DNA from: Candidatus Latescibacterota bacterium
Lineage (GTDB): Bacteria > Latescibacterota > UBA2968
Assembly: GCA_038279365.1 (NCBI GenBank)
Contig: JAYODI010000001.1
Coordinates: 1-64,000, forward strand
Direction: 5' to 3'
Length of the DNA stretch: 64,000 nt
The position numbers and the translations under genes are program-made. Shown piece after piece: positions 48,316-58,400 of the stretch (within the stretch, counting starts at the first letter, position 1; every line of letters starts with the position of its first letter). Below the pieces are notes generated by a model, which worked only from the letters and a program-made list of their open reading frames with translations, did no database searches and was not told where the DNA came from.

Positions 48316-49437
48316 TTATTGTTTGCCGGAATAGTGTTTGACTGCTTCCCAGTCGAGTTCTATGCCTAATCCTGGTGTTGTGGGAATGGTGAGCAAGCCG
48401 TTTTTATCGAGTTGAAATTTGTTGACGATGATGTCTTCGATATAAGGCGATGGGGTAATGTATTCGACCCATCGGGCAATGGGGTGTGCGGCGGCCAAGT
48501 GCAAGTCGGCGGCCAAACCGATGGCGGTGTTCCAGCCGTGTGTGACGAGCAAAACGTTGTGGTCGTAGGCCGTCCAAATGAGGCGACGGATTTCGGAGAT
48601 GCCGCCCACTTTTGTGGCATCGGGCTGAATGATGTCGTAGGCACCGCGTTCGATCCAGGGTTGAAAACTTTGACGGCGGGTGAGCACTTCGCCACCGGCA
48701 ATGGGCACGGGAGAATGTTGACGCAAGAGAATGTGCCCTTCGATGTCGTCGGGGGGGAGGGCTTCTTCAAACCATGTGATGTTGTAGTTGCCCAACATTT
48801 TGGCAGTTTCGACGGCCCATTTGTAGTTGTGGGGCCAAAAGGCATCGCTGCCTCCGGCATCGACCATAATTTCGACATCGTCACCACAGGTGTCGCGGGC
48901 AATTTGGATGAGGCGTTCGTCCATGTGTTTGTCTACACGGCCAAAGGGGCCCCAGCCGAGTTTGAGTGCTTTGAAACCTCTGTTGAGTGCATCTTGGAGT
49001 GTGGCCGGAAATGTTTTGGGATCTTCAAAGAGAAGTGAGCCATAAGGTTTGATTTTGTCGCGATAAAATCCGCCTAAGAGGCGGCCGACGGGTTGGCCTG
49101 TGGCTTTGCCCAGGATATCCCAAAGGGCAATGTCGATGCCACTGATGGCGTGGGTGACACTTCCACCTCGGCCTTGCCAAAAGGTCATTTGGTGTAATTT
49201 TTCGCAGACGCGTTCGGGTTCGAGGGCATTTTCGCCAATGAGGTTGGGCCGTAACAGACCCAGTGCACCTTCGACCAACGCCTTGCTGGTAAAAACACTG
49301 CCAATGCCGTGAATGCCTTCGTCGGTTTGAATTTCGACCAGGGTGTGGAGATTTTCGTCGGGGCCAGGTTCACTGGTCCAACCGGTCATGGGGGTTTCGC
49401 CAAAGAGGGCGTGGGTTTTGACGGCGGTGATTTTCAT
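48316..49437 (-). CDS. Mandelate racemase / muconate lactonizing enzyme family (acid-sugar dehydratase-like)
   Basis: DIALWDI.GK, KALK, MVDA, WFEE, GGE, QPD, THGW, E. Confidence 0.88.
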   Translation of the reverse strand: MKITAVKTHALFGETPMTGWTSEPGPDENLHTLVEIQTDEGIHGIGSVFTSKALVEGALGLLRPNLIGENALEPERVCEKLHQMTFWQGRGGSVTHAISGIDIALWDILGKATGQPVGRLLGGFYRDKIKPYGSLLFEDPKTFPATLQDALNRGFKALKLGWGPFGRVDKHMDERLIQIARDTCGDDVEIMVDAGGSDAFWPHNYKWAVETAKMLGNYNITWFEEALPPDDIEGHILLRQHSPVPIAGGEVLTRRQSFQPWIERGAYDIIQPDATKVGGISEIRRLIWTAYDHNVLLVTHGWNTAIGLAADLHLAAAHPIARWVEYITPSPYIEDIIVNKFQLDKNGLLTIPTTPGLGIELDWEAVKHYSGKQ

Positions 49438-49520
49438 GTGGTGTCCTTTGATAGGGTGCTGAATGAGATGTTTTGTTGGATATATATGGCGATAAGTTTG
49501 TTTTTGGCTTTATGATTGAT

Positions 49521-50306
49521 TTAGGTCGATGCCCATAATTCACGAATGCGTTCAGCGACAGGTTGGGCTTCTTGGGCAAAATTGTTGAAGCGTTTGCCGT
49601 TGTCTTCGATAGAAATGCGGCCATCATAACCTGTTTTTTTGAGGGTTTGGATGAAGAGTTGGTGGCTAAAGGTTTGGCCTTCGGTGGATAGGATGTCGAG
49701 CGATGGTACGGGCAGGTGGATGTGTTTGAGCACGGGTGCGTTTTCGATGATGTTGGCCCAGGGTTCGTTGTCGACTTCCATGTGATAGAGATCGGCCAGT
49801 AGGGCGAGGTTGGGGTGGGCAACTTGCTCGACGAGTTCGGCACCTTCGGAGACGGAGGTGATGATGTTGCATTTTTGCGCCGTGAGCGGTTCAATGACAA
49901 TGGTGATGCCGTGTTTGGAGGCAATGTCGGCGGCCATTGCGCAAAAGAAACCGAGTTGCTCAAAAGCTTGTGTTCGCGAAAACCCTTCGGGCATATTGCG
50001 TGCACCGCCACTGCCAAAGACGATGATTTCTGCACCGAGTGAGGCGGCACGACGGGTGGTGATTTCAACGTGTTTCATAAGGGCTTGGGTGTCTACGGAG
50101 TCTCCGGTGATTTTGAGATCTCCGGGGATAAAGACGTTAAAGGCTTCGGCTTTGATGGGGGCGTTAGAAAAACGTTGGAAAATGGGTTCAAAATCGGCAT
50201 CGGATAAGTCGGCACGTACTGTGGGAATGCTGGGTTCAATGTAGTCATATCCGGCATTGATGATGGTGTCTAATTTGTCTTCTCCGCCGCAGCAACCAAG
50301 TCTCAT
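49521..50306 (-). CDS. Sugar phosphate isomerase/epimerase (TIM barrel, AP_endonuc_2 family)
   Basis: FGSG, IEPL, ADLYHM, HIH, GY.G.ISIE. Confidence 0.85.
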   Translation of the reverse strand: MRLGCCGGEDKLDTIINAGYDYIEPSIPTVRADLSDADFEPIFQRFSNAPIKAEAFNVFIPGDLKITGDSVDTQALMKHVEITTRRAASLGAEIIVFGSGGARNMPEGFSRTQAFEQLGFFCAMAADIASKHGITIVIEPLTAQKCNIITSVSEGAELVEQVAHPNLALLADLYHMEVDNEPWANIIENAPVLKHIHLPVPSLDILSTEGQTFSHQLFIQTLKKTGYDGRISIEDNGKRFNNFAQEAQPVAERIRELWAST

Positions 50307-50317
50307 GAAAACCTCTT

Positions 50318-51463
50318 TTAGGATTTATGAAGTGAAAATAGATGTTTGGCATTTTCAAATTCGGGCAGGGATGATTTGCCGTTGAGAGCAAGCTCTGCTA
50401 AGATGCGTCCTGTGAGGGGGCCAAATTTGAAACCGTGGCCCGAAAATCCTGCCCCAATGGTAATGTTGGGATTATCTGGGTGGTGATCGATGATAAAGTC
50501 TTCGTTTGGCGTGTTGGTATACAGACACGTTTCCCAATCGACAAAACGTTCTATGGATGCCGTGAATTGTTCTTGGATGAATTGGCGCAAACCGTCAATG
50601 GCTTCTTGGGGTGTTTCTGTGGGCACATCATCGGGGTCATCGTTTTCGGGAGTGATGACATGGTGGGCGAGTTTGATGCCTTCGCGGCCAAATTCGGGCA
50701 GGCCATAATAGCTGATGTCGCCTTTGTTGAGCAAATAACCCCATACGGGAAAGGTGCCCACTTGAAAGTTTTGTGGGGGGCCAGAAAGTTTGAAATACCC
50801 CACGGTTTGGCGGGCAACAGACACTTGGGTTTTGAGTTGGGGAATGAGGTTGCCTACCCAAGGGCCTGCGGTAATGACGAGTCGTTCGGTAAAGAAGGTG
50901 CCTTTGTTGGTCACTATCTTTATGGGCGATGGGGTGGGGTCTATTTCGATCACTTCTGTGTGCGTGTGTGTGGTGATGTTGGGGTGCTTGGTTAACTGGC
51001 AGAGAGACTGCATGGTTTTAGATGCAGCCACCAGCCCTGCGGTACGGTCGTGGAGTGCACCAGCGGCATTTTCGAAGCGAAAAGCTGGAAAGCGTTTGCG
51101 TGCTTCTGGTGGGGTGAGGGGTTCGACATCGACACCCACAGCCGTGACGGCTTTTTCATAGTGGGCGTATTTGCCATTGGGCGTGCCAAAAAAACACCCA
51201 GGTGTGGGATAAATGAGTTGGGTGTTGGCGTCTTTTTCAAGCTGAGGCCAGGCGTGGTTGTGGGCCACTTGCATGAGGCGCACATAGTGTTCATTGACAT
51301 AGGCACTGCGCGTGATGCGCGACTGGCCATGTGAACTGCCTCGGTTGTGCCCGTGGTCAAAGCGTTCGATAAGGCCTATATTTTGAATGCCCAATTTGGA
51401 GAGGTGATAGCAGGTGGATAAGCCATTGATGCCTGCGCCAATGATCATGATTTGGTAGGTCAT
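50318..51463 (-). CDS. solA: N-methyl-L-tryptophan / monomeric sarcosine oxidase family flavoprotein
   Basis: GAGING, GSSHGQSRITR, TAGPW, covalent-FAD Cys in CLYTNTP, FSGHGFKF. Confidence 0.85.
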   Translation of the reverse strand: MTYQIMIIGAGINGLSTCYHLSKLGIQNIGLIERFDHGHNRGSSHGQSRITRSAYVNEHYVRLMQVAHNHAWPQLEKDANTQLIYPTPGCFFGTPNGKYAHYEKAVTAVGVDVEPLTPPEARKRFPAFRFENAAGALHDRTAGLVAASKTMQSLCQLTKHPNITTHTHTEVIEIDPTPSPIKIVTNKGTFFTERLVITAGPWVGNLIPQLKTQVSVARQTVGYFKLSGPPQNFQVGTFPVWGYLLNKGDISYYGLPEFGREGIKLAHHVITPENDDPDDVPTETPQEAIDGLRQFIQEQFTASIERFVDWETCLYTNTPNEDFIIDHHPDNPNITIGAGFSGHGFKFGPLTGRILAELALNGKSSLPEFENAKHLFSLHKS

Positions 51464-51693
51464 GTTTTTATTGTGGTGTGAGGGTAGATCGTTTATACAG
51501 CGTTATCATATATGAAGTGTTGCCAATATATGTAAACGCGGTTTGTATATCCAGCCTGAATTTGGGTGTTTGTGACGCATCGGCACGTCTTAGACTGACA
51601 TATTGGCATATTGGGTTTGGCAGTTTGGCATCTTGTAAATCGGAAAATGTTGTATGTAATTGTTTTTTAATAAATTAAATTTTTTGAAAAATG

Positions 51694-51709
51694 AGGCACG
51701 CATGTTGCG
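51694..51709 (+). promoter_or_regulatory. Putative sigma54 (-24/-12) promoter of lon
   Basis: AGGCACGCATGTTGCG = GG-N10-GC with CACG and TTGC; AT-rich upstream tract. Confidence 0.55.
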
Positions 51710-51767
51710 CTAAGAGAGGCTGTCGTGAAATTTTATGGGATATGTATTTTGACACAGGAGTGTTGTT

Positions 51768-54179
51768 ATGACCAATAAAGAAAAGCCCTTAGGCAGTGTA
51801 AGTGCAATTGAAACCTATAGTCTTCCTGCTGAATTGCCCATGTTGGTGAGTTCGGAGGTGGTGATCTACCCTCTTATGGCGGCTCCTTTGTTGTTAGAAG
51901 ACGAGCGTGGGGCCAAGGCTGTAGAGGCGGCTGTTGAAGCGGGGCATAAGGTGGTGGCCATTTTTGGTCAGTTGACATCGGCAGATAAAATGGGCGAAGA
52001 GATCCAACGTGAGCATTTGTATCCTGTGGGAACGGCTCTGTATATTGCGCGTTCTACACGTACACCCGATGGTCGGATGCAGGTGTTGGTACAAGGAATG
52101 GGGCGCGTGGGTTTGGAAGATGTTTTGCAGTCGCGCCCGATTGCTATCGCACGTGTAAAAAAGCTCCAAACGGCGGTGGAAAAGAGTGTAGAACTGGAGG
52201 CTTTGGGGCGCAATGTGTTTGGGCAGTTTAAAAAGGCTGTGGCATTGGCACCCAATGTGCCCAAAGAAATTGTGGGGGCTTTGGATGCTTTGCCTGAGAT
52301 CGAGTACAAAGCCGATTTTATTGCTTCGCAGTTGAATGTGAGTTTTGAGGATCAGCAAAAAGTACTGAGTGAATTGAATTTGTTTCGTCGGTTAAAAACG
52401 ATCAATCAATTTTTGAATTATGAAGTTGAAATTTTGGAAATGCGGCAAAAGATTCATTCTGAGGCGGCAGGTTCCATGGAAGATGCCCAGCGCGAATATT
52501 TTTTGCGCCAACAACTTAAGGCCATTCAGGAAGAATTGGGAGATGGTGTTGATACGGGGGCAGATTTGGAAGACTTGCGTGAAAGGATAGAAGCCGCAGG
52601 TTTGCCAGATGAGGCCAAAAAAGAAGCCGATCGAGAACTCAAACGATTGGTGCGGATGTCTGAAGCATCACCTGAATATTCTGTGTCGCGCACATATTTG
52701 GATTGGATGGCAGATTTGCCGTGGCAAAAAAGAACCACCGATCATTTGGATATCAAAAAAGCAGAGCGCATTTTGGATGCCGATCATTATGGGTTGGAAA
52801 AACCCAAAGAGCGCATTTTGGAGTATTTGTCCGTACAGCATTTAAAGAAAAACATGCGTGGTCCCATTTTGCTTTTGGTGGGCCCACCGGGCACAGGCAA
52901 AACCTCTTTGGGGCGTTCGGTAGCACGCGCATTGGGGCGTGAGTTTGTGCGGATGTCTTTGGGTGGGGTGCGCGATGAGTCTGAAATTCGTGGGCACCGT
53001 CGTACGTATGTGGGCTCATTGCCTGGGCGTATTATTCAGGGATTGCGTCGGGCAGGCACCAAAAATCCTGTGTTTATGCTGGATGAACTGGACAAGTTGG
53101 GTGCCGATTTTCGGGGCGATCCTTCGGCGGCCTTGTTAGAGGTTTTGGACCCGCAACAAAACAACAGCTTTGTGGATCATTATTTGGATGTGCCGTTTGA
53201 TTTGTCGGAGGTGTTGTTTGTGGCTACGGCCAACTCTTTGCACACCATTCCTCCAGCTTTGATGGATCGTTTGGAGGTGTTGGAGGTTTCGGGATATACC
53301 GAAGCTGAAAAACAAGAGATTGCACGTAAATATTTGGTGAAACGCCAAATTTCCGAACACGGTTTAACGGCCAAACGCGTGTCGTTTGATAAGGCCGCTG
53401 TTTTGGAAGTGATTCAACACTATACCCGTGAAGCGGGTTTGCGCAATCTTGAGCGTGAGATTGGTACGATTACGCGAAAAATTACGCGCAAGTTTGCCCA
53501 AGGCAGACGGCGCAAGGTGCGGGTGCAACAAAAGGATGTGGCTGAATATTTGGGGCCGCGTCGTTATCGGCACGAAGTGACCGAAGAAGAGCATGAGGTG
53601 GGTGTTGCTGCGGGTTTGGCTTGGACGCCTGTGGGCGGTGATGTGTTGTTTGTTGAGGCTTCGGTGCTTCCGGGTAAAGGTGGGCTGAAGTTGACGGGGC
53701 AAGTGGGCGATGTGATGAAAGAGTCTGCACAAGCGGCCATGACCTATGTGCGGTCGCGGTGGGATTCGTTGGATTTGGATGAAAACTTCAATGAAAAGAA
53801 AGACGTGCATATCCACGTGCCAGCAGGTGCGGTGCCCAAAGATGGGCCTTCGGCAGGTATTACCATGGCCACAGTGTTGGCCTCGGTGTTTACCAACCGC
53901 CCCATTCGTAAAGATGTGGCGATGACGGGTGAGGTGACGTTGCGTGGAAAAGTGATGCCTATTGGGGGCGTGCGTGATAAGGTTCTGGCGGCTCATCGTG
54001 CAGGTGTAAAGACGGTGATTTTGCCAGAGGCCAATCGCAACGATGTGAGTGAGATACCCGATTCGGTGCGCAAAGGTTTGCGACTTGTGTTTGTGTCACA
54101 TATGGATCAGGTGTTGGAAACGGCGCTTTTTAAACGCCGTCGAAAACCACAGATGACACCTGTTTTGAGTGCGAATTAG
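51768..54179 (+). CDS. lon: Lon protease (endopeptidase La)
   Basis: LON N-domain; [32 protein letters not shown] (Ser), IGGVRDK (Lys). Confidence 0.97.
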   Translation: MTNKEKPLGSVSAIETYSLPAELPMLVSSEVVIYPLMAAPLLLEDERGAKAVEAAVEAGHKVVAIFGQLTSADKMGEEIQREHLYPVGTALYIARSTRTPDGRMQVLVQGMGRVGLEDVLQSRPIAIARVKKLQTAVEKSVELEALGRNVFGQFKKAVALAPNVPKEIVGALDALPEIEYKADFIASQLNVSFEDQQKVLSELNLFRRLKTINQFLNYEVEILEMRQKIHSEAAGSMEDAQREYFLRQQLKAIQEELGDGVDTGADLEDLRERIEAAGLPDEAKKEADRELKRLVRMSEASPEYSVSRTYLDWMADLPWQKRTTDHLDIKKAERILDADHYGLEKPKERILEYLSVQHLKKNMRGPILLLVGPPGTGKTSLGRSVARALGREFVRMSLGGVRDESEIRGHRRTYVGSLPGRIIQGLRRAGTKNPVFMLDELDKLGADFRGDPSAALLEVLDPQQNNSFVDHYLDVPFDLSEVLFVATANSLHTIPPALMDRLEVLEVSGYTEAEKQEIARKYLVKRQISEHGLTAKRVSFDKAAVLEVIQHYTREAGLRNLEREIGTITRKITRKFAQGRRRKVRVQQKDVAEYLGPRRYRHEVTEEEHEVGVAAGLAWTPVGGDVLFVEASVLPGKGGLKLTGQVGDVMKESAQAAMTYVRSRWDSLDLDENFNEKKDVHIHVPAGAVPKDGPSAGITMATVLASVFTNRPIRKDVAMTGEVTLRGKVMPIGGVRDKVLAAHRAGVKTVILPEANRNDVSEIPDSVRKGLRLVFVSHMDQVLETALFKRRRKPQMTPVLSAN

Positions 54180-54186
54180 GCAATAT

Positions 54187-54487
54187 GTGAGGCAATGCTC
54201 GAAAGAAAAATACTGGCATTTCAATATATCGGTGAGAAAGGCTAGTAGACTTGAAAGACAAATCTATTACACAAGCCAAGCTGGAATCTGATGGTCGTGT
54301 TGTCCAACTGCTACCTGATGGACTAACTCAGCCGATGAAAGATGAAACGGATTTGGAACGATTGAAGGCGCCTGCAGATGAAGATATTCGACGGCAAATC
54401 GCTGCAGATCCAGATGTAGCCCCTATTTTAGATGAGGATTTTTGGTCTCAGGCCGTGTTGATCTTTCCAGCATTCGAAAAGATATAA
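54187..54487 (+). pseudogene. Relic of a BrnT/BrnA-type toxin-antitoxin module
   Basis: 54226-54291 reads ISVRKASRLERQIY, like a BrnT C-terminus. It overlaps 54251..54487 (TDLERLKA..DEDI…DPD.AP.LDEDFW), which resembles the BrnA N-terminus without the RHH tail. Confidence 0.55.
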
Positions 54488-54516
54488 GGTTCACTTTTTT
54501 TAGAAATGACAAGTCA

Positions 54517-54550
54517 AAAGCCCGTTCCATTGTTTGGAACGGGCTTTTTT
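54517..54550. terminator. Bidirectional intrinsic terminator
   Basis: AAAAGCCCGTTCCA…TGGAACGGGCTTTTTT. Confidence 0.8.
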
Positions 54551-54579
54551 AGGTTGTCCTGGTCTACAGATACTGCGGG

Positions 54580-54819
54580 TTATGAAACACGTTTTTGAAT
54601 ATGGGGTTGGATTTCTTCATATTCTGGAAAACGTTTTTCTTGGAGCTTGGAAAAAACGAGTTCGCCATCTATGGTGACTTCAAACCGGCCGCCGCTGGAT
54701 GGATAAAGGGTCATGGCTTCAATGTCTTGTTTGAACTCGTTGATGATCTTGTCCGTCATACTGACGGCTTGTTTTTCGTAGCCTCAGGCCGCGCAATATT
54801 CGATTTCTACGGTTGCCAT
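54580..54819 (-). CDS. SelT/SelW/SelH (Rdx) family selenoprotein, 79 aa, with TGA read as Sec at codon 12
   Basis: SD AAGGAGG + ATG 54819. Translation MATVEIEYCAA-TGA-GYEKQA…PSSGGRFEVTIDGELVFSKLQEKRFPEYEEI; CxxU plus GGxFEV and SK…RFP motifs. Absent from the ORF track. Confidence 0.9.
54753..54767 (-). promoter_or_regulatory. Bacterial SECIS-like hairpin
   Basis: CCGUCA-GUA-UGACGG starting 16 nt 3' of the UGA, with GU in the apical loop. Confidence 0.6.
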
Positions 54820-54863
54820 TGTTGCCTCCTTAAAAAGAGTGGAAAATAACCACACGGTGTGAT

Positions 54864-55697
54864 TTACAAAACGGTTTGTCTAAAAAAGGCCGAAGTGCGT
54901 TTGGGTAAAAAGTGGGCAAGGTGCTCTAAGTCGAGCGTGGTGCCTAATTCTTCTGCGGCATGAATGATGTTGTGCCAATATTCGGCGTAGGTGTCATGGG
55001 CCAATGTGGTGTCGGTTTGGGTGCTAAAATCATCGGCTTGTTTGCGATTGGACGGAAATGGATAACCGCCTGTGCAAAAGAAACTGCCCACATAATCATA
55101 ATGTTGTTGGCACAAATTGTCAAAGTTCTCGTATTGCGTGGGGGTTGTGAATTGTTCGGCAGCGCGAATGAGGTGATAACCAAAATAGGCCATAGCGGGG
55201 TTAGAAATGCGCATTTTGTTTTGTTTGGCATTGTTGCCGTGCACACTGCGAATAACAGGGCTTGGCAGGTAAATTTCTTTGCGGTGGCGTTGGGTGCGTC
55301 GGTTATAGCCAAACCCGTCTAAGATAAAACCGCTTGTTGAGCGAATGGTGAGTGGCAATCGCTTGTAAGAGAAGCGATCTGCTTGCCTTGAAACGGCTTC
55401 TGATGTAAAGGCTGGAATGCCAAAAAGTGCGCTGTAAGCATAACAAAAAATTTTATACGCACGGGGCAGTGGGAGCCAGAAGACGTCGCCCATTTTGCGA
55501 GCGGCTTCTTCTTTGCTGGTTTCGAGAAAGAATGATTCTGGCGAATGGGCGTCTTGGTCGGGCGATTTTGTACCGTTGAATGTCTCAACGAGGCGATTTA
55601 TTTCGGCCCATTCGCGCTGCTGGTTTGGGTGCTCCAAAACAAGTTTTCTCCAAAAAGAAGGTCTGTTGGAATATACACGATATGAACAGGGCGTCAA
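54864..55697 (-). CDS. Hypothetical protein, possibly oxygenase MpaB/DUF2236-like
   Basis: Long ORF co-directional with the selenoprotein gene. The pattern KR..T…IRSVH…ISN..MAY resembles DUF2236 proteins. Start uncertain. Confidence 0.5.
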   Translation of the reverse strand: MTPCSYRVYSNRPSFWRKLVLEHPNQQREWAEINRLVETFNGTKSPDQDAHSPESFFLETSKEEAARKMGDVFWLPLPRAYKIFCYAYSALFGIPAFTSEAVSRQADRFSYKRLPLTIRSTSGFILDGFGYNRRTQRHRKEIYLPSPVIRSVHGNNAKQNKMRISNPAMAYFGYHLIRAAEQFTTPTQYENFDNLCQQHYDYVGSFFCTGGYPFPSNRKQADDFSTQTDTTLAHDTYAEYWHNIIHAAEELGTTLDLEHLAHFLPKRTSAFFRQTVL

Positions 55698-55792
55698 TTG
55701 TTTGAAGGGTTTTGTGCTTGACTGCTTTTCTAAGTGAACTTATTTTCCCTAAATCTATGTAATATATGAAAAAACAAAAGAAAGAGGTTTCT

Positions 55793-57310
55793 ATGAACCA
55801 GGCGAAGCAGGCCTATGAGGCATTGATTGCCGAAGTCAAACAGATTGCCATTTTGGGTTCGTGTGCCAGTGTGTTGGGTTGGGATGAACAAACTTACATG
55901 CCCAAAGGCGGTGTCACGCACCGCAGTGAGCAATTGTCTTTGTTGGCGGGTTTGACACATGAGCGGTTTACAGCGCCACAAATTGGCGATTGGTTGGCAC
56001 AGATAGAAGGCAGTGATCTGGTTTCTGACCGATTGTCAGTTGAAGCCGTCAATGTGCGCGAAATACGCCGTGGATATGATCGTTCAACCAAGTTGCCTCA
56101 AAAATTGGTGCAAGAATTGGCACGTATGACCACTGTTGGTCAGCAAGCCTGGGCTGAGGCACGTTCCAAATCGGACTTTGCATCTTTTCAGCCGCATTTG
56201 GAAGCGATTTTGGATTTAAAGAAACAAGAAGCGGCGGCTTTGGGTGGGGGTAAAACACCTTATGATGCCTTGTTGGATGAATATGAACCGGGTGAGACAA
56301 CTGAAAACTTAACCCAGGTTTTTACTGCACTGCGCAATGAATTGGTGGCGTTGGTTGGCGCGATTGTCGAGTCGGGCAAAAAGCCCAATTTGGATATTGT
56401 GAAACGCCATTGCCCAAAAGACAAACAAGCAGAGTTTGGCAAAATGGTGGCCGCTCAGATTGGTTTTGATTTTGAGCGGGGGCGTTTGGATGAAACGGCG
56501 CATCCTTTTTGCAGTGGTTTTGGGCCGGGTGATACACGGTTGACGACGCGGTATGACGAATACTTTTTCCCGCAGGCCTTGTTTGGCACCATGCACGAAG
56601 CAGGGCATGGCATTTATGATCAGGGCTTAAATGCCGATTATTATGGTACCCCTATGGGCAATTCAACGTCTTTGGGCATTCATGAATCGCAGTCGCGTAT
56701 GTGGGAAAATTTTGTGGGGCGCAGTCGTTCATTTTGGACGCACTTTTTCCCCAAGGCCCAAGCGACATTTCCAGATGCTTTTGGAAATGTTTCTGTGGAT
56801 GATTTTTATTTTGCAATCAATAATGTGGAGGCGTCCTTTATTCGGGTAGAAGCCGATGAAGTGACGTATAATTTGCACATTTTGTTGCGCTTTGAGATGG
56901 AACAAGCCTTGATGAATGGTGGCCTGAAAGCGATTGATGTGCCAGATGCTTGGAATGAAACATTTAAAAAATACTTTGGTATTGTGCCACCTGATGATGC
57001 ACATGGGTGTTTGCAAGATATTCACTGGAGTTTTGGGGGCATTGGTTATTTTCCAACCTATACATTGGGCAATTTGTATGCGGCGCAGTTGTTTGAGCAA
57101 GCCCGCGTGGATGTGGGCGATTTGGATACCCAATTTGCGGCGGGTGATTTTTTGCCATTGAAAAACTGGTTGAATGAAAAGATTCACCAACCGGGGCAAA
57201 AATATCGCGCCAGTGAATTGGTGGAAGTGGTCACGGGCAAACCCCTAAGCCATGCCCCATTGATTCGGCATTTGAAGACGAAGTTTGGGGCGTTGTATGG
57301 ATTGGGATGA
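55793..57310 (+). CDS. Carboxypeptidase Taq (peptidase M32)
   Basis: WD.QTYMP, HPF, HEAGH, HESQSR, IRVEADE, QDIHW, YFPTY. Confidence 0.95.
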   Translation: MNQAKQAYEALIAEVKQIAILGSCASVLGWDEQTYMPKGGVTHRSEQLSLLAGLTHERFTAPQIGDWLAQIEGSDLVSDRLSVEAVNVREIRRGYDRSTKLPQKLVQELARMTTVGQQAWAEARSKSDFASFQPHLEAILDLKKQEAAALGGGKTPYDALLDEYEPGETTENLTQVFTALRNELVALVGAIVESGKKPNLDIVKRHCPKDKQAEFGKMVAAQIGFDFERGRLDETAHPFCSGFGPGDTRLTTRYDEYFFPQALFGTMHEAGHGIYDQGLNADYYGTPMGNSTSLGIHESQSRMWENFVGRSRSFWTHFFPKAQATFPDAFGNVSVDDFYFAINNVEASFIRVEADEVTYNLHILLRFEMEQALMNGGLKAIDVPDAWNETFKKYFGIVPPDDAHGCLQDIHWSFGGIGYFPTYTLGNLYAAQLFEQARVDVGDLDTQFAAGDFLPLKNWLNEKIHQPGQKYRASELVEVVTGKPLSHAPLIRHLKTKFGALYGLG

Positions 57311-57416
57311 GGCGCAAACGGCAAACGAATCAACCATGTGACTTGATTGCGTGATTGGTTTGTTTCTTCGGTTTTAAAGGTTGTACATTTGGCGTTTCAC
57401 GTTTGGCATTTCACTG
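57311..57416. repeat. Degenerate heptamer inverted-repeat element of the same family as 10754-10854
   Basis: GCAAACG GCAAACG … TTTGGCG TTTCACG TTTGGCA TTTCACT. Confidence 0.65.
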
Positions 57417-57441
57417 TTTTTAAGATTTTGAAAGGTTTTTT

Positions 57442-58395
57442 GTGACCCCATTGCCCATTATATTTGACACCGACCCAGGTGTAGATGATGCATTGGCATT
57501 GATGTTGGCACTGGCTTCGCCAGAGTTGAATGTGCTGGGTGTGTGTACTGTAAATGGGAATGTGTCGATAGATATATGTACGCGCAATGCTTTGGGGGTG
57601 TTGGCTTTGTTGAACAGATCGGATGTGCCCGTTTATCGTGGGGCGGATCAACCTTTGGTGCGCACTCCTGTTTATGCAACGGATGTGCATGGCATTGAGG
57701 GGATGGGGGCTGTGGTATTGCCCCCCACTAAAGCGGTGGCCAAAGAAAATGCTCCTGCGTTTTTGGTGGAACAATTGACGCAACGGCCCAACGAGATAAC
57801 GGTGATTGCAGTGGGGCCTTTGACCAATTTGGCTTTGGCAGAAAAAGAGTTACCCGGGGTGCTCAAAAAAGCGAAGCGTATCATTGCTATGGGGGGGGCT
57901 GTTGTGGCTCCGGGAAATGCGTCGGCCACTGCGGAGTTCAACTTTTTTGCAGATCCTCATGCGGCTCAAGATGTGATTCGATCTGGGCCAAATTTGACAT
58001 TGGTGCCCTTAGATGCCACCCACCAAGTGGGATTGACCGAAACGGTTATTCGACAAAAGATCGAACCATTGGGTACACCCATGTCCAAATTTGTGGTGGA
58101 TGCCGTGGCCAATGTGTTGGCTTATGGTGAACGTTTGGGGCGTGAAGCGGTGGTTTATATGCACGATCCATTGGCTGTGGGTGTGGCCATTGCATCGTCA
58201 TTGTTTGATTGTTTGCAGTTTAATCTGGATGTTGAAACCATGGGGGAGTTGACGATGGGACAACTGGTTTCTGACCGTCGTCAAGCACCTGCTACAGGGC
58301 GATTGGGACATGCAACGACCTGTGTGATGGGTGTGCAAGCCGATGGGTTTTTAGATCTGTTTTTAGAACGTGTTTTGGGTATTCACCCCGAGTAA
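57442..58395 (+). CDS. Nucleoside hydrolase (RihA-like)
   Basis: DTDPGVDD, VHG..G.G, GPLTN, AEFNF.ADP, PLD.T, HDP. Confidence 0.92.
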   Translation: MTPLPIIFDTDPGVDDALALMLALASPELNVLGVCTVNGNVSIDICTRNALGVLALLNRSDVPVYRGADQPLVRTPVYATDVHGIEGMGAVVLPPTKAVAKENAPAFLVEQLTQRPNEITVIAVGPLTNLALAEKELPGVLKKAKRIIAMGGAVVAPGNASATAEFNFFADPHAAQDVIRSGPNLTLVPLDATHQVGLTETVIRQKIEPLGTPMSKFVVDAVANVLAYGERLGREAVVYMHDPLAVGVAIASSLFDCLQFNLDVETMGELTMGQLVSDRRQAPATGRLGHATTCVMGVQADGFLDLFLERVLGIHPE

Positions 58396-58400
58396 TCAAT

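Noticed and set aside
54595-54849. Plus-strand 84-aa ORF from the track
   Set aside because: Antisense shadow of the minus-strand selenoprotein gene, which has an SD and family motifs.
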